Part shown: positions 47,227 to 56,709 of the stretch, one piece after another
Layout of the letters: the number at the start of each line of letters is the position of its first letter
Position numbering within the stretch: the first letter of the stretch is position 1
NCBI GenBank assembly: GCA_964598485.1
Contig: CAZRCD010000004.1
Coordinates: 47,516-111,515, forward strand
Length of the DNA stretch: 64,000 bases
From: an uncultured Candidatus Bathyarchaeia archaeon
Lineage (GTDB): Archaea; Thermoproteota; Bathyarchaeia; Bathyarchaeales; Bathycorpusculaceae
Reading direction: 5' to 3'
Made by a program: the position numbers and the translations under genes
Notes under the pieces: model-generated
Database searches by the model: none
Told to the model about the DNA's origin: nothing
Seen by the model: only the letters and a program-made list of their open reading frames with translations

Positions 47227-47524
47227 ATGGTAGTGGAAGGTTGTGTTTATTAAGTCTTACGAAACACATGTAATGATTTACAAAATAAACGCTTGTTTAG
47301 GAAAACAACTACTTCTTACAAAGTCGTTTCTAACCTAACAGTACCAAAAAGTCTCGTGAATAATATTGTGAGAATGAGTAAAGCTACTGCGAATCTTGAA
47401 GCGGGTATTGTATTTTGCTCAAATATCCTAATTGTTTAACGCAAGAAAAGCTTGGGACAAAAGGAGTGCTTCAGAATCGAAAATGTTACAAAAAGTGGAA
47501 GCATGCCTTAAAGCCGAGAATGGT

Positions 47525-47818
47525 TTAGTAGGGTATTGGTATCCTGTTTCTTTGTTCTTCTATTATTGGCAGTACTTGTTTTAGTTCTCTGAAGTGTTTG
47601 AGTACTGTGATTCCTCTTTGGGTTATTGCGTAAACAACCCTGCGTTTACCAACTGTTCTTTCTTCGGCTAGATTTTGCTTTATTAGAAAGTCAAGGTATT
47701 GCTTCAGAACGCTGCAGTTTACGTTAGCTTTGTACATTATGTGAGTTAGCTTTAGTGGGCCGCGATGGGCTAACACTTTTAGTATGTCTATATACATTTC
47801 GAGTTTGGAACGTCTCAT
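47525..47818 (-). CDS. Winged-helix transcriptional regulator
   Basis: A 97 aa protein with a wHTH pattern (LTHIMYKANVNCSVLKQYLDFLIKQNLAEERTVGKRRVVYAITQRG). Confidence 0.45.
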   Translation of the reverse strand: MRRSKLEMYIDILKVLAHRGPLKLTHIMYKANVNCSVLKQYLDFLIKQNLAEERTVGKRRVVYAITQRGITVLKHFRELKQVLPIIEEQRNRIPIPY

Positions 47819-48334
47819 TATTCAATCCTCTTGGGCATTATCTCAGCTTTTTTGTATAAAGCTTTTATGGATTCAAACTACGTCTTGTTCTTATTTAGTC
47901 TACGTTAGTAGCTTCTTTTCTCTTGTGCTCGAATTAACACGTTTATTCTATTTTGGAAAGCCGTGACCATGTCGTCTACCAATATTTTTTGCAATTCCGT
48001 TGACAGCACGTTAATATTTTCCTTGAAAACCTTAGCCATTTTCCCTTCCATTTCTTTTCTTCGTTTAAGCGTCATGTTTTGATTCAAGAGTTTTCCTCCA
48101 TTTCTAAGGATGAAATGAGTGTGAGTACTTAACTAATTTATGAACCTGAAATATGAATTTCAAATACACATTTGCTACAAGAAGAACATTTTTATTTTCA
48201 GTTATGCTATTGTTTCTTTGCCGGATGATGAGAAGGCATTAGCTTGACACATGGATGAAATCTCAGAGTTACTCGGACGGCATTTATTTCATGTGTCTAC
48301 AGTTGTTTAACCATTGTGAATTAAGACTTTTATA

Positions 48335-48829
48335 ATGTTTATGCTTAAAGAAGTATTCGGCGGTTTTATGTCGAAGTTCTCTCGCGAATTTGACTTAGCT
48401 TTCTTAGAGTCGGAGCTTAAGGGAAAAACCCTTCTTGTTTACTGGCATTTGCTTAAGTCTCCAGATTTAAAGGTTGGTGTGCGTGAGGTTCAGCGGAAAC
48501 TGGGTTTCTCAAGCCCAAGCGTCGCGGTCTATCATCTGGATAAGTTGATGTCATTAGGACTTGTTGAAAAGACTATGACGAGTGACTATGTGCTTGTCAG
48601 CGAAGTCAAAACAGGTTTATTACGTTTTTTCACGAGACTTGGACGTTTCCTCATCCCACGTTACCTGTTCTATTCCGTGTGGTTCACCACCATGCTGATA
48701 AGCTACATAATATTCTATGTGCCACAAACCTTCAGCATCCACAGCATCGCTGCGTTACTTTTCGGATTTGCTGCATCAAGTATTCTGTGGTTTGAAACTG
48801 TAAGAATATGGAGGGAAAAACCCTTTTGA
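48335..48829 (+). CDS. Membrane-anchored winged-helix protein
   Basis: An N-terminal wHTH (VGVREVQRKLGFSSPSVAVYHLDKLMSLGLVE) is followed by two or three TM helices. Confidence 0.4.
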   Translation: MFMLKEVFGGFMSKFSREFDLAFLESELKGKTLLVYWHLLKSPDLKVGVREVQRKLGFSSPSVAVYHLDKLMSLGLVEKTMTSDYVLVSEVKTGLLRFFTRLGRFLIPRYLFYSVWFTTMLISYIIFYVPQTFSIHSIAALLFGFAASSILWFETVRIWREKPF

Positions 48830-48872
48830 CGACGGTGTTCTAAAGTGTAGAATTAAAAGCCTTTAAGTTAAC

Positions 48873-49151
48873 ATGTTAGGTGGGAGAGCATTGAGGAAGA
48901 ATCTGTTTGCGATAATTTTGGCTGTTTTCTGCGGAATCCTAGCTATGCTTATACCTTTATGCGTGTGGCATCAGGTTAACTTTTCATATACTCCCTTTAC
49001 GCTCTTTAACATAAGAAAAGAAGCAATAGAAAGTTTAGAGGCTTATAGGATGTCACTGGAGGATTTGTCGATGGCTCCTTTCTACGTAACCTTAATACTG
49101 AGCTTCATAGCCTCTATGGGTGTTTATGTTTTCTTCAAAAGACGAGTTTAA
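48873..49151 (+). CDS. Small membrane protein
   Basis: Two hydrophobic helices. It lies on the same strand and close to the flanking genes. Confidence 0.3.
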   Translation: MLGGRALRKNLFAIILAVFCGILAMLIPLCVWHQVNFSYTPFTLFNIRKEAIESLEAYRMSLEDLSMAPFYVTLILSFIASMGVYVFFKRRV

Positions 49152-49220
49152 GATTTGTTCTATTATTAGAACACTTTGTTCGAAAGTATAGCATTATAAA
49201 AAAGGAATCCCCAATACTTT

Positions 49221-49931
49221 TTGGTGGAAAAAGTGCGGATAAAGAAAAAAGAAATATGCTTGGCAGCTATGTTGAGCATTCTCATGGTTATCTTTGTGGT
49301 TTATTCAAACGTAAAAAACGCTGAGGAATATTATCCATCTGTAAATTTTCTGGCAGAGGAAACACAATCCAGAAGTTATGGAAGCTCTTCCAGCACCGAG
49401 GGTCAACAATATTCCAAAGTGATTTCGGAAACAATCAAAGGTAAATTGAATAGGGGAGCATTTGAGGGCGTAATAAGTGAGCTTGAGATTCTGACAGAGG
49501 AAATGGAAGGTTACGTTAAGTCGCTACGTATGACATACGCAGACAGAGTCTGGAGTGGCACAATGATCTGTAAAGTGCCGCCAACAAATGTAACATCTTT
49601 CACGTTCAGCGCAAGGGCGATAATCGAAGCCAACGGGACAGTCACTTACATAAACATCAGCGTAGAAAACGTAAATGCATCACAGCAAAACCAAGAAGAC
49701 GTGTACTCAACAATTAACCTATATTTAACAGAGATTAAACCAGAAAATGGGAAAAACGAAATTTTATCTTCGATTATGTCGGCTTTGCCGATTTTGACCA
49801 CAAGTTTGGTGTGGATTGCCGAGGGATTAGTCATAGGTGTACCATTATGCTTTGCGTCTCTTGGCATAGTAATACTCGTTAACAGAGGCATAGTCCCTTT
49901 ATGGAAAAACATGCTAAAAAAACCAAAATAA
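49221..49931 (+). CDS. Hypothetical secreted or membrane protein
   Basis: An N-terminal signal/anchor and a C-terminal TM helix, with no recognisable domain. Confidence 0.35.
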   Translation: MVEKVRIKKKEICLAAMLSILMVIFVVYSNVKNAEEYYPSVNFLAEETQSRSYGSSSSTEGQQYSKVISETIKGKLNRGAFEGVISELEILTEEMEGYVKSLRMTYADRVWSGTMICKVPPTNVTSFTFSARAIIEANGTVTYINISVENVNASQQNQEDVYSTINLYLTEIKPENGKNEILSSIMSALPILTTSLVWIAEGLVIGVPLCFASLGIVILVNRGIVPLWKNMLKKPK

Positions 49932-50467
49932 CCTTATCAAGCAAGGAGATTTTTCTCTTGGATAAATGGAAACTGCTGATGTCCTTCGCAACCATAGTAT
50001 ACGTGATAGCCTTCTTCACGCCGTGGGTTTGGGAACATTATGTCTTCAATGTTATGCAGCCTGAGATTTATCCTTCTCCCGGCGTTCCACGTGAAGGCTG
50101 GTTTTTGTCTTTCCTAGCTATTATTCGCACTACAAGAAACGATTATAGAATTTCGTTATTCCGGGACTACTGGTTTGATGTAAGCAGTATACCTTTTCAT
50201 GGATGGTACTCTGGATGGATCGGAATTTTCATATTCCAGTTTTTAACCGTACTTATGGCTTTAATCACTGTCCGTCGAAAAAATAGGGATAAGCGGTTGG
50301 GTACAGTAATGACGGCTGTTTTATCCATCATAGCACCAATTTTATGTATTTATCAACAGCCCCTGCAATTGTCATATAGCGTGGTTAGCTCTCAGTTTTT
50401 CATTGGGTTTTGGCTAGCCCTCATTTCATCTATTTTATTCTTTGTTTCATGTAAGTTTGCAAAATAG
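49901..50467 (+). CDS. Polytopic membrane protein
   Basis: Four or five predicted TM helices. It overlaps the upstream gene. Confidence 0.35.
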   Translation: MEKHAKKTKITLSSKEIFLLDKWKLLMSFATIVYVIAFFTPWVWEHYVFNVMQPEIYPSPGVPREGWFLSFLAIIRTTRNDYRISLFRDYWFDVSSIPFHGWYSGWIGIFIFQFLTVLMALITVRRKNRDKRLGTVMTAVLSIIAPILCIYQQPLQLSYSVVSSQFFIGFWLALISSILFFVSCKFAK

Positions 50468-50471
50468 ACTG

Positions 50472-51713
50472 TTAACCGATGGTTAACGCGTCTAAGTCTC
50501 TCGGATAGTACGTGATGATTTCTGCGCCGTCTTCGGTTATTAAAACAGTGTCAGAGTGGCGGAACCCTGCAAATCCAGTCTCATAAATGCCGGGTTCGCA
50601 GCTTACGATCATTCCTGCACGTAGAGGCTCTTCGTTGCCTATGTCTAACCATGGAGGTTCATGTCCTTCGAGGCCCAAGCCATGTCCAGTGTGATGCTTT
50701 ACCAAGTGCTTTAAGCCAGCCTTCTTGAACACTTTGATTGTTGCTTTGTCAATGTCGCTGCATTTGGCTCCTGGCTTAAACGTTTCGAATGCGGCTTCTT
50801 GGGCTTTGACCATCACGTTGAAATAGCGTTTCTGTTTAGCTGTTGGTTTCCCGACGATCATTGTTCTTTCCAGTTCACAGCTGTAGCCGCCTACGTCTGC
50901 GCCAGCACCCGTAACAACAACATCGCCTTTTCTTATCATGCGCTTCGTCGCAATAGAATGTGGTATGGCACTCATTTCACCTATTTGACCTCTAAAGCCA
51001 GCGCCTACTGGAGAACTTCTACGCATGGGTTCATAATCGGGTCCAAGAGCTTTCTTCATGATAATAGATGCTTCATTCGAAGCTGCTAGTGCAACCTCAA
51101 CATCCCATAACCCTTCAGCTGTATACTCTTGCAGCAGGTTATGTGCCAGGTTTGCCCATTTGGCACTTTCTTTCATTAGAGTGATTTCCTCTTCAGATTT
51201 GATGAGACGCATAGAAGGCACGAAATCCTTCACGTCCACAAACTTTGCTTCGCGCAGTTTTTTCGTGATCGGTGGACCTTTGTAACCCCATATTCCGGAA
51301 GCTCCAGCCTTGTTGTCGGTGCCTATGCGTTTTTTAGCCAACCTCATCTCCTTCAAGAACTCAGCGAAATGTTCAATTGGATGCTTTTCTCCAGGATAAT
51401 CCACGTAGGTCTTCACGTCTTCGATGATTCTCGTCTTCAACGGGATATGATCTTTTTCCAAAAGGGGACCCATAAAGGTGATTTTTCCGTCAACTGGTAT
51501 GATTAGCGCTGCTGGTCGCTCGGTGGAAATGAATGAGTAACCTGTTAGGTAGAACATGCTTGTACCATTTGTCAGGTATGATGCGTCAAGCTTCCGTTTC
51601 CTCAAGTACTCTCTAACTTTTTCTATGCGACCTCTATGTTCACTTTCACTTATCGCAAATTTCATTACCGTATTTCTCCAAAGATTTTGTAAAACAGTTA
51701 TAACAGAAAACAC
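50472..51713 (-). CDS. M24-family Xaa-Pro aminopeptidase/dipeptidase
   Basis: The pita-bread fold metal ligands (…HHTGHGLGLEGHEPPWL…, …DVGGYSCELERT…). Confidence 0.8.
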   Translation of the reverse strand: MFSVITVLQNLWRNTVMKFAISESEHRGRIEKVREYLRKRKLDASYLTNGTSMFYLTGYSFISTERPAALIIPVDGKITFMGPLLEKDHIPLKTRIIEDVKTYVDYPGEKHPIEHFAEFLKEMRLAKKRIGTDNKAGASGIWGYKGPPITKKLREAKFVDVKDFVPSMRLIKSEEEITLMKESAKWANLAHNLLQEYTAEGLWDVEVALAASNEASIIMKKALGPDYEPMRRSSPVGAGFRGQIGEMSAIPHSIATKRMIRKGDVVVTGAGADVGGYSCELERTMIVGKPTAKQKRYFNVMVKAQEAAFETFKPGAKCSDIDKATIKVFKKAGLKHLVKHHTGHGLGLEGHEPPWLDIGNEEPLRAGMIVSCEPGIYETGFAGFRHSDTVLITEDGAEIITYYPRDLDALTIG

Positions 51714-51760
51714 ATAAATGCTTTTAACAGTATAGCAACAGAAACTTTTGGGATGCTGTT

Positions 51761-52624
51761 ATGGAACATTTTTCCATTCGCCCATTCAAAGATGAAGATA
51801 TCGATTTTGCGTACAGACTGGACGTGATTGAGCAATGGGACGACACAAGAAATGACATTAAACGAATGCTCAATTATGAACCAAATGGCTGTTTCATCGC
51901 AGAGATAAACAGTAAACCTGTGGGCCATGTTTTCTCCATCAGCTATGGAAGACTCGGATGGATAGGATTGCTGATTGTTAAGGCTGAGTATCGAAGGAGA
52001 GGCATAGGCACTCTTTTAACAAAAAGGGCAATGAATTATCTGTTGAGCTGCAAAGTAGAAGCAATAAAGCTGGAAGCAGTATCTGCAATAGCAGATTTGT
52101 ATCGAAAACTGGGATTTGTAGATGAATATGACTCCTTAAGGTTCATAGGGGTTAGTGGAAAAATCACGCCTTTATCAAGTCATTGCGTGAATTCTTTGAA
52201 AAAGGAAGAAATAACGAAACTTGCAAAATTTGATGGTGAATATTTTGGAGCGAACAGAATCAAGATTTTAACGAGACTTTGTTATGCTCATCCAAAGCTC
52301 TGTTTTGTTTCATATGAAGAGGCTAAAATTGTAGGCTACATTATATGTCGTGAAACACAAACAGGATATAGGATAGGACCTTGGGTGTGTAACCCTAAAA
52401 ATCCACAAACTGCGCAAGAGCTTTTAACCAAATGTATGACAACTATGAGACGGGATGAAAAACTTTTCGTCGGTGTTCCAGCTGTGAACATGGCAGCCGT
52501 TGAGATTTTGCAGGACTTTGATTTCAAGCAATATTCCAAGAGTATTCGTATGTATTTCGGAGAAAAGCTTGAAACTGAACGCGTAGATGGTGTTTTTGCC
52601 ATTGGTGGTCCAGAGAAGGGATAG
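51761..52624 (+). CDS. GNAT-family acetyltransferase (tandem GNAT-like halves)
   Basis: The YRRRGIGTLLT acetyl-CoA motif in the first half and a second GNAT-like repeat in the C-terminal half. Confidence 0.6.
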   Translation: MEHFSIRPFKDEDIDFAYRLDVIEQWDDTRNDIKRMLNYEPNGCFIAEINSKPVGHVFSISYGRLGWIGLLIVKAEYRRRGIGTLLTKRAMNYLLSCKVEAIKLEAVSAIADLYRKLGFVDEYDSLRFIGVSGKITPLSSHCVNSLKKEEITKLAKFDGEYFGANRIKILTRLCYAHPKLCFVSYEEAKIVGYIICRETQTGYRIGPWVCNPKNPQTAQELLTKCMTTMRRDEKLFVGVPAVNMAAVEILQDFDFKQYSKSIRMYFGEKLETERVDGVFAIGGPEKG

Positions 52625-52625
52625 A

Positions 52626-53411
52626 TCAGGCTTTAGGCTTTGTTGCCTTGCGTGCAAACGTTATGTAGCCAGTATGCCCAGTCATCAAAGTGTGAGGGCG
52701 TGTTCTTCCTCTTTCAGTTTGCATTCCACGCATTAGGCATTCAATGGTTTCGATGTCTACAAAGCTGTTGTCTTTCAAGGCTTCAACTGTTTTCACAATC
52801 TGGTCCATTGTTGGACTGAACGAAACTATTGTTCCGCAAGGCTTCAGGGCGGAGTAAGCGTGTGGAACAACAAGCCAAGGAGTTGCTAAATCCAATATAA
52901 TTGCGTCAACGTCACTTTCGTCTATGCCAACTGTCACGTCCTTATTCTTCAATACGACAAAATCAATTAAGCCTGCACGCTTCAGGTTTTTCTTTGCAGT
53001 CTCAAGGAATTCTTCCCTTAATTCGTAGCTGTAGACTCTGCCATCCGGCTTAATATAATGAGCTAGAGCTGTTGTTAGCGCACCCGTGCCTGTTCCAGCT
53101 TCTACCAAGCAACTTCCTGGACCTATTCCGCTGAACATAATCATTAGAGCCACGTCCTTCGGGTAGGTTATCTGAGTTTTACGCGTAGATTTGAAAATGT
53201 AATCACGCAGTAAAGGTTTTAACGCTACGAACTCGATTCCTAAGTTGCTTAAAACTCTGACGCCGTATTCTTTTCCGATTATGTCGTCGAATTTTATGAA
53301 GCCTTTATGTGTGTGGAAGGTTTTGCCCTTTTCAACTTTAACGAGGTACGTTTTCCGTCGGCTTAAGTGAAGGAGCACATAGTCGCCTTCCGTTATTTTT
53401 TGAGTTGCCAA
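52626..53411 (-). CDS. trmI: tRNA (adenine57/58-N1)-methyltransferase TrmI
   Basis: GCD14/TrmI architecture with an N-terminal beta-barrel and a SAM-binding motif (VEAGTGTGALTTALA), followed by DLATPW. Confidence 0.75.
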   Translation of the reverse strand: MATQKITEGDYVLLHLSRRKTYLVKVEKGKTFHTHKGFIKFDDIIGKEYGVRVLSNLGIEFVALKPLLRDYIFKSTRKTQITYPKDVALMIMFSGIGPGSCLVEAGTGTGALTTALAHYIKPDGRVYSYELREEFLETAKKNLKRAGLIDFVVLKNKDVTVGIDESDVDAIILDLATPWLVVPHAYSALKPCGTIVSFSPTMDQIVKTVEALKDNSFVDIETIECLMRGMQTERGRTRPHTLMTGHTGYITFARKATKPKA

Positions 53412-53420
53412 CTTCAGTCA

Positions 53421-54899
53421 CTAAGGTGTGTATTTGAACGGGTGTTTTGACCTATCCTTGTTCTCTATTAATTCGTCTATTGTAGGTCTTCCTTCTATTG
53501 CCCTGCGGATGGCGTGGCGCATAGCTTTGTAATTGTTTATGTATACTCTTTGTCTGTCAACTGCCGTTGGATGAACGAACACGTTAGTGATGATTATCAG
53601 ATCTTCAGCAGCCTCTTTAGGAATCATTCCATCTGCAACGCTGTCAATGATTGCCTTTGCCACTGCTGTTTGTGCAGGACCATAAACCATGCTTGCTTGG
53701 CGCATACTCCTAATCGTAACCGTTGGAACTATCAAGGTTACAGGTTTAACCGCTAGATTTGGTTCCAAAATGGCTAGTAATGGTTCATGTCCAGATGTCG
53801 GTGTAGATTTAGCCTTTGCGAAGGCTTCGCCCAGAGGTCCATCTTTCTTCCCGATAAGCAAGTCTATGTGGGCTACTTCTGCACCTTGTCCCGCTAGGGC
53901 TTCCCCTACACGCAAGTTGAAGTCTCGTATGATTTCCGGTGTTACGTCAATTGCTTTGAAACGTTCTTCTACGGGTTTTTCGCCGATTTCAAATGTTATG
54001 GTTTTTGGCTTTATCTTCCCTGTCTTCTCTAGTTCTATTCGCAGTTCCTCCCTCGCCTCGTATGTTAGTTCTCCGCCTACGCTCAGCGGCCTTCTAACTG
54101 GTCCAACTTTGATTTTCATCATGTTTAGGGCTGCCTTGGTTCCTACGGCTCCGCTTCCAGCGATGATGCGAGCCATTTTCTGAATTTTATATTGCAGTTC
54201 ACGGGCTTTCTGCAGTTCCCCATTCTTCACGTGATTATAAATTTGAACCCAAATGTCTGGTATCACATTCGCACTTGCAAGAATTGCTCCTGAGCATCCA
54301 GCAGCTAGTGCTGCAACAACGACTTCGTCGTGTCCACACATGACGTTGATTTTGTCGCGTACCTTCTCCAAGACGGCAAGAATGTAACTTAGTTGTCCGC
54401 TGCTGTCTTTCAAACCGACAATGTTTGGGATTTGAGCCAAGTCTTCAACCATCTGCCAAGAAAGTTGAACGCCTGTGCATTGTGGGATATTGTAAAGAAT
54501 TATCGGCAAGTCCACTTCACTTGCAATCGTATGGTAGTGTTGGTAAATGCCACGGTCTTTAGGTTTTAAGTAAAAAGGTGTAACAATTAAGGCTGCATCT
54601 GCACCTGCATCCTTCGCGTATTTCGTCATTTCCAAAGCTTGATCTGTTCCACTAGCCCCTGTACCTACCACCACTGAAACTTTGCCGTTGACTTCGTCCA
54701 TAACTACGTCAATAACCTTTTTTTTCTCTTCTGTTGTCAAGTTCACAAACTCGCCCGTTGTGCCGCATGGAACAACCCCGTAAACGCCTAACTCGATGCA
54801 ATGGCTAACCAAAGCTCGCAGTCTTTCCTCATCTACCGCCTTTCCGTCGTCCGTGAAAGGAGTAACCAAAGCTGGCAAAATTCCCTCAGGTTTAAACAT
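53421..54899 (-). CDS. Fusion protein with an N-terminal dihydrodipicolinate-synthase-family class I aldolase and a C-terminal formaldehyde-activating-enzyme (Fae) domain
   Basis: The N-terminal roughly 300 aa carry the DHDPS-family signatures GTTGEF, TPFYLKP and the Schiff-base Lys motif GLKDSSG. The C-terminal roughly 170 aa align with Fae (VGEALAGQGAEVAHIDLLIG…LLAILEPNLAVKPVTLIVP…MVYGPAQTAVAKAIIDSVADGMIP…HPFKY). Confidence 0.7.
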   Translation of the reverse strand: MFKPEGILPALVTPFTDDGKAVDEERLRALVSHCIELGVYGVVPCGTTGEFVNLTTEEKKKVIDVVMDEVNGKVSVVVGTGASGTDQALEMTKYAKDAGADAALIVTPFYLKPKDRGIYQHYHTIASEVDLPIILYNIPQCTGVQLSWQMVEDLAQIPNIVGLKDSSGQLSYILAVLEKVRDKINVMCGHDEVVVAALAAGCSGAILASANVIPDIWVQIYNHVKNGELQKARELQYKIQKMARIIAGSGAVGTKAALNMMKIKVGPVRRPLSVGGELTYEAREELRIELEKTGKIKPKTITFEIGEKPVEERFKAIDVTPEIIRDFNLRVGEALAGQGAEVAHIDLLIGKKDGPLGEAFAKAKSTPTSGHEPLLAILEPNLAVKPVTLIVPTVTIRSMRQASMVYGPAQTAVAKAIIDSVADGMIPKEAAEDLIIITNVFVHPTAVDRQRVYINNYKAMRHAIRRAIEGRPTIDELIENKDRSKHPFKYTP

Positions 54900-55368
54900 G
54901 CTTTTCCCGCCTTTTAGTTAACCATATCTCTTGTATCATTTAAGTTTTGATTTCGAAAATTTCACGGAGGACTAGAATGGTTTGCCAATTCGGGTTGTTC
55001 TGGCTGTCTTCAAGGTGGAGGAATGCCAACTTGCTAAGTTAGGAATTGTTGTATAAAAAAGGGTTTGAAAAACTGTTATTTTTGCAAAGATTTTCTGAAC
55101 TGTGAAAAACTCAGTTATCAAAAAGAAACCTACAGAATTGATGAAAATTACAGAAGGATAAAACAGATTGGCTATGAGAACTGGCTGGAAGAACAAGAAG
55201 AAAAGCGGAGACAAAATTTTGACAACATCCACTTCTTGAAAAATAGGAAAATCGTCCGTTAGCTATGCTGTTTCCCAAATTGAGTGAGCATCATCTGAAC
55301 TTCTTAAATTTCTGAAAAACGCTTAAATCACCTAACACTCCAATACAAATATCCGGGAGGACAGTTTA

Positions 55369-56661
55369 GTGAGTGCCGTTAGAGAAAGATTAAGAATCAA
55401 AGAGGAAAATCTGAAGCAGATCAATAATTTTCTTCTGAGAGAAGATAACCCTCTTATAAATGGCTTACTAGAAATCGTTGAGAAATATGGCGGCGTTGAC
55501 GAGATCAACCGCAAAGCCAGAGAAGCCCGTAAACTCGAAAACCTCATGGAAAGACTTAGGAGAAACAATTCACCTTATGTGAAGGATCTTGAATGGCTGA
55601 TTGAACAAAGGGATAATGGAGCGTTTATCAACATCCTAGAATATCGCAGAAAAATTTTGGGATATAAGGCTAGTTCCATGAAGTTTGATGATTCTTTTGC
55701 GGTAACTCTTGAAATTAGTGCATGTAACTTCTTCCCGTGGCTTATCGAAGAGGCGAAAAAAACCATTGAACAGCAGAATCTTATGCCCGCCCGTTACATT
55801 CGAGTCCGATCTATGAAAGAACAAGTTGAAGACGATCACATTCTCGCTTTTGCAGCAGCCATGCAGATCATAGGTGCTTCCTACGTGGAAACGTTAGATA
55901 CAAAAGGAACAATGCCTGGACCTGATGGTCAGCCCATTAACGTTCATTTGGGCGGACCAGAAACCATCACGGGTTATTTCGGAGGAGTAGGAGTGCCGAA
56001 CGAATACGCTTTGAAGTGGGTTGACGAATTCCTTTATTACTATACTGAATATGGCATTCGACAAGTTTTGAATGTGAACATAGGTACTGTGATGCTTGGG
56101 TATTGGCTTCACAAACTTGGAATTGACTTGGAATTTAAGATTTCAGTTTATCTTGGTAATGACAATCCTTATGCGTGTTTTTGGACATTGATGACTGCGA
56201 AACTCTTTAGCCGAGATGATGGGACAACACCTCTCATAGGCTTTAACCTCTCAAATGCCGTCAACAATGAGACCATTGAGTTGTCAGCTTATATACGGAA
56301 AGACTTTGGCTTCGAAGACATTGTACGCATCGAACATCACATCGTGGAAACCTACAAGAGCATTGTGAGACAACCATACAACAGACTCGACGAACTTGTG
56401 GAAATAGCAGACCATGTGAAAAACGTCAGTGCTAAACATGAAGGTGCTTTCCCAGAGATTGAGGCAACTCGAGAGCATCCTTCGGATATTTTGGAATACT
56501 TCATTCCAAAAAAAGACATAGTTGCACAAGGATTGATGCCAAAGCTCCTAATCAACTACCTTGATAAACATGATTCGGTGAACAGAACAGCCAGAGCCCT
56601 CACGGAACGAGGCTTAACCTTTATTGCAGCTCAGAACTTGCACAGAAATAGTACTTTTTAG
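55369..56661 (+). CDS. Hypothetical conserved-looking 430 aa protein
   Basis: A long ORF with uniform composition and no motif recognised here. It is divergently oriented to the DHDPS-Fae fusion gene. Confidence 0.4.
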   Translation: MSAVRERLRIKEENLKQINNFLLREDNPLINGLLEIVEKYGGVDEINRKAREARKLENLMERLRRNNSPYVKDLEWLIEQRDNGAFINILEYRRKILGYKASSMKFDDSFAVTLEISACNFFPWLIEEAKKTIEQQNLMPARYIRVRSMKEQVEDDHILAFAAAMQIIGASYVETLDTKGTMPGPDGQPINVHLGGPETITGYFGGVGVPNEYALKWVDEFLYYYTEYGIRQVLNVNIGTVMLGYWLHKLGIDLEFKISVYLGNDNPYACFWTLMTAKLFSRDDGTTPLIGFNLSNAVNNETIELSAYIRKDFGFEDIVRIEHHIVETYKSIVRQPYNRLDELVEIADHVKNVSAKHEGAFPEIEATREHPSDILEYFIPKKDIVAQGLMPKLLINYLDKHDSVNRTARALTERGLTFIAAQNLHRNSTF

Positions 56662-56709
56662 ATGTTATAAGTCAAGCATCAAAAAAGAGAATAAAGGGGA
56701 AATAACGAG

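Noticed and set aside
53514-54183. An 80-aa and a 164-aa ORF on the plus strand inside the DHDPS–Fae gene
   Set aside because: They are fully overlapped by a strongly supported minus-strand CDS. Their composition looks like a shadow frame.
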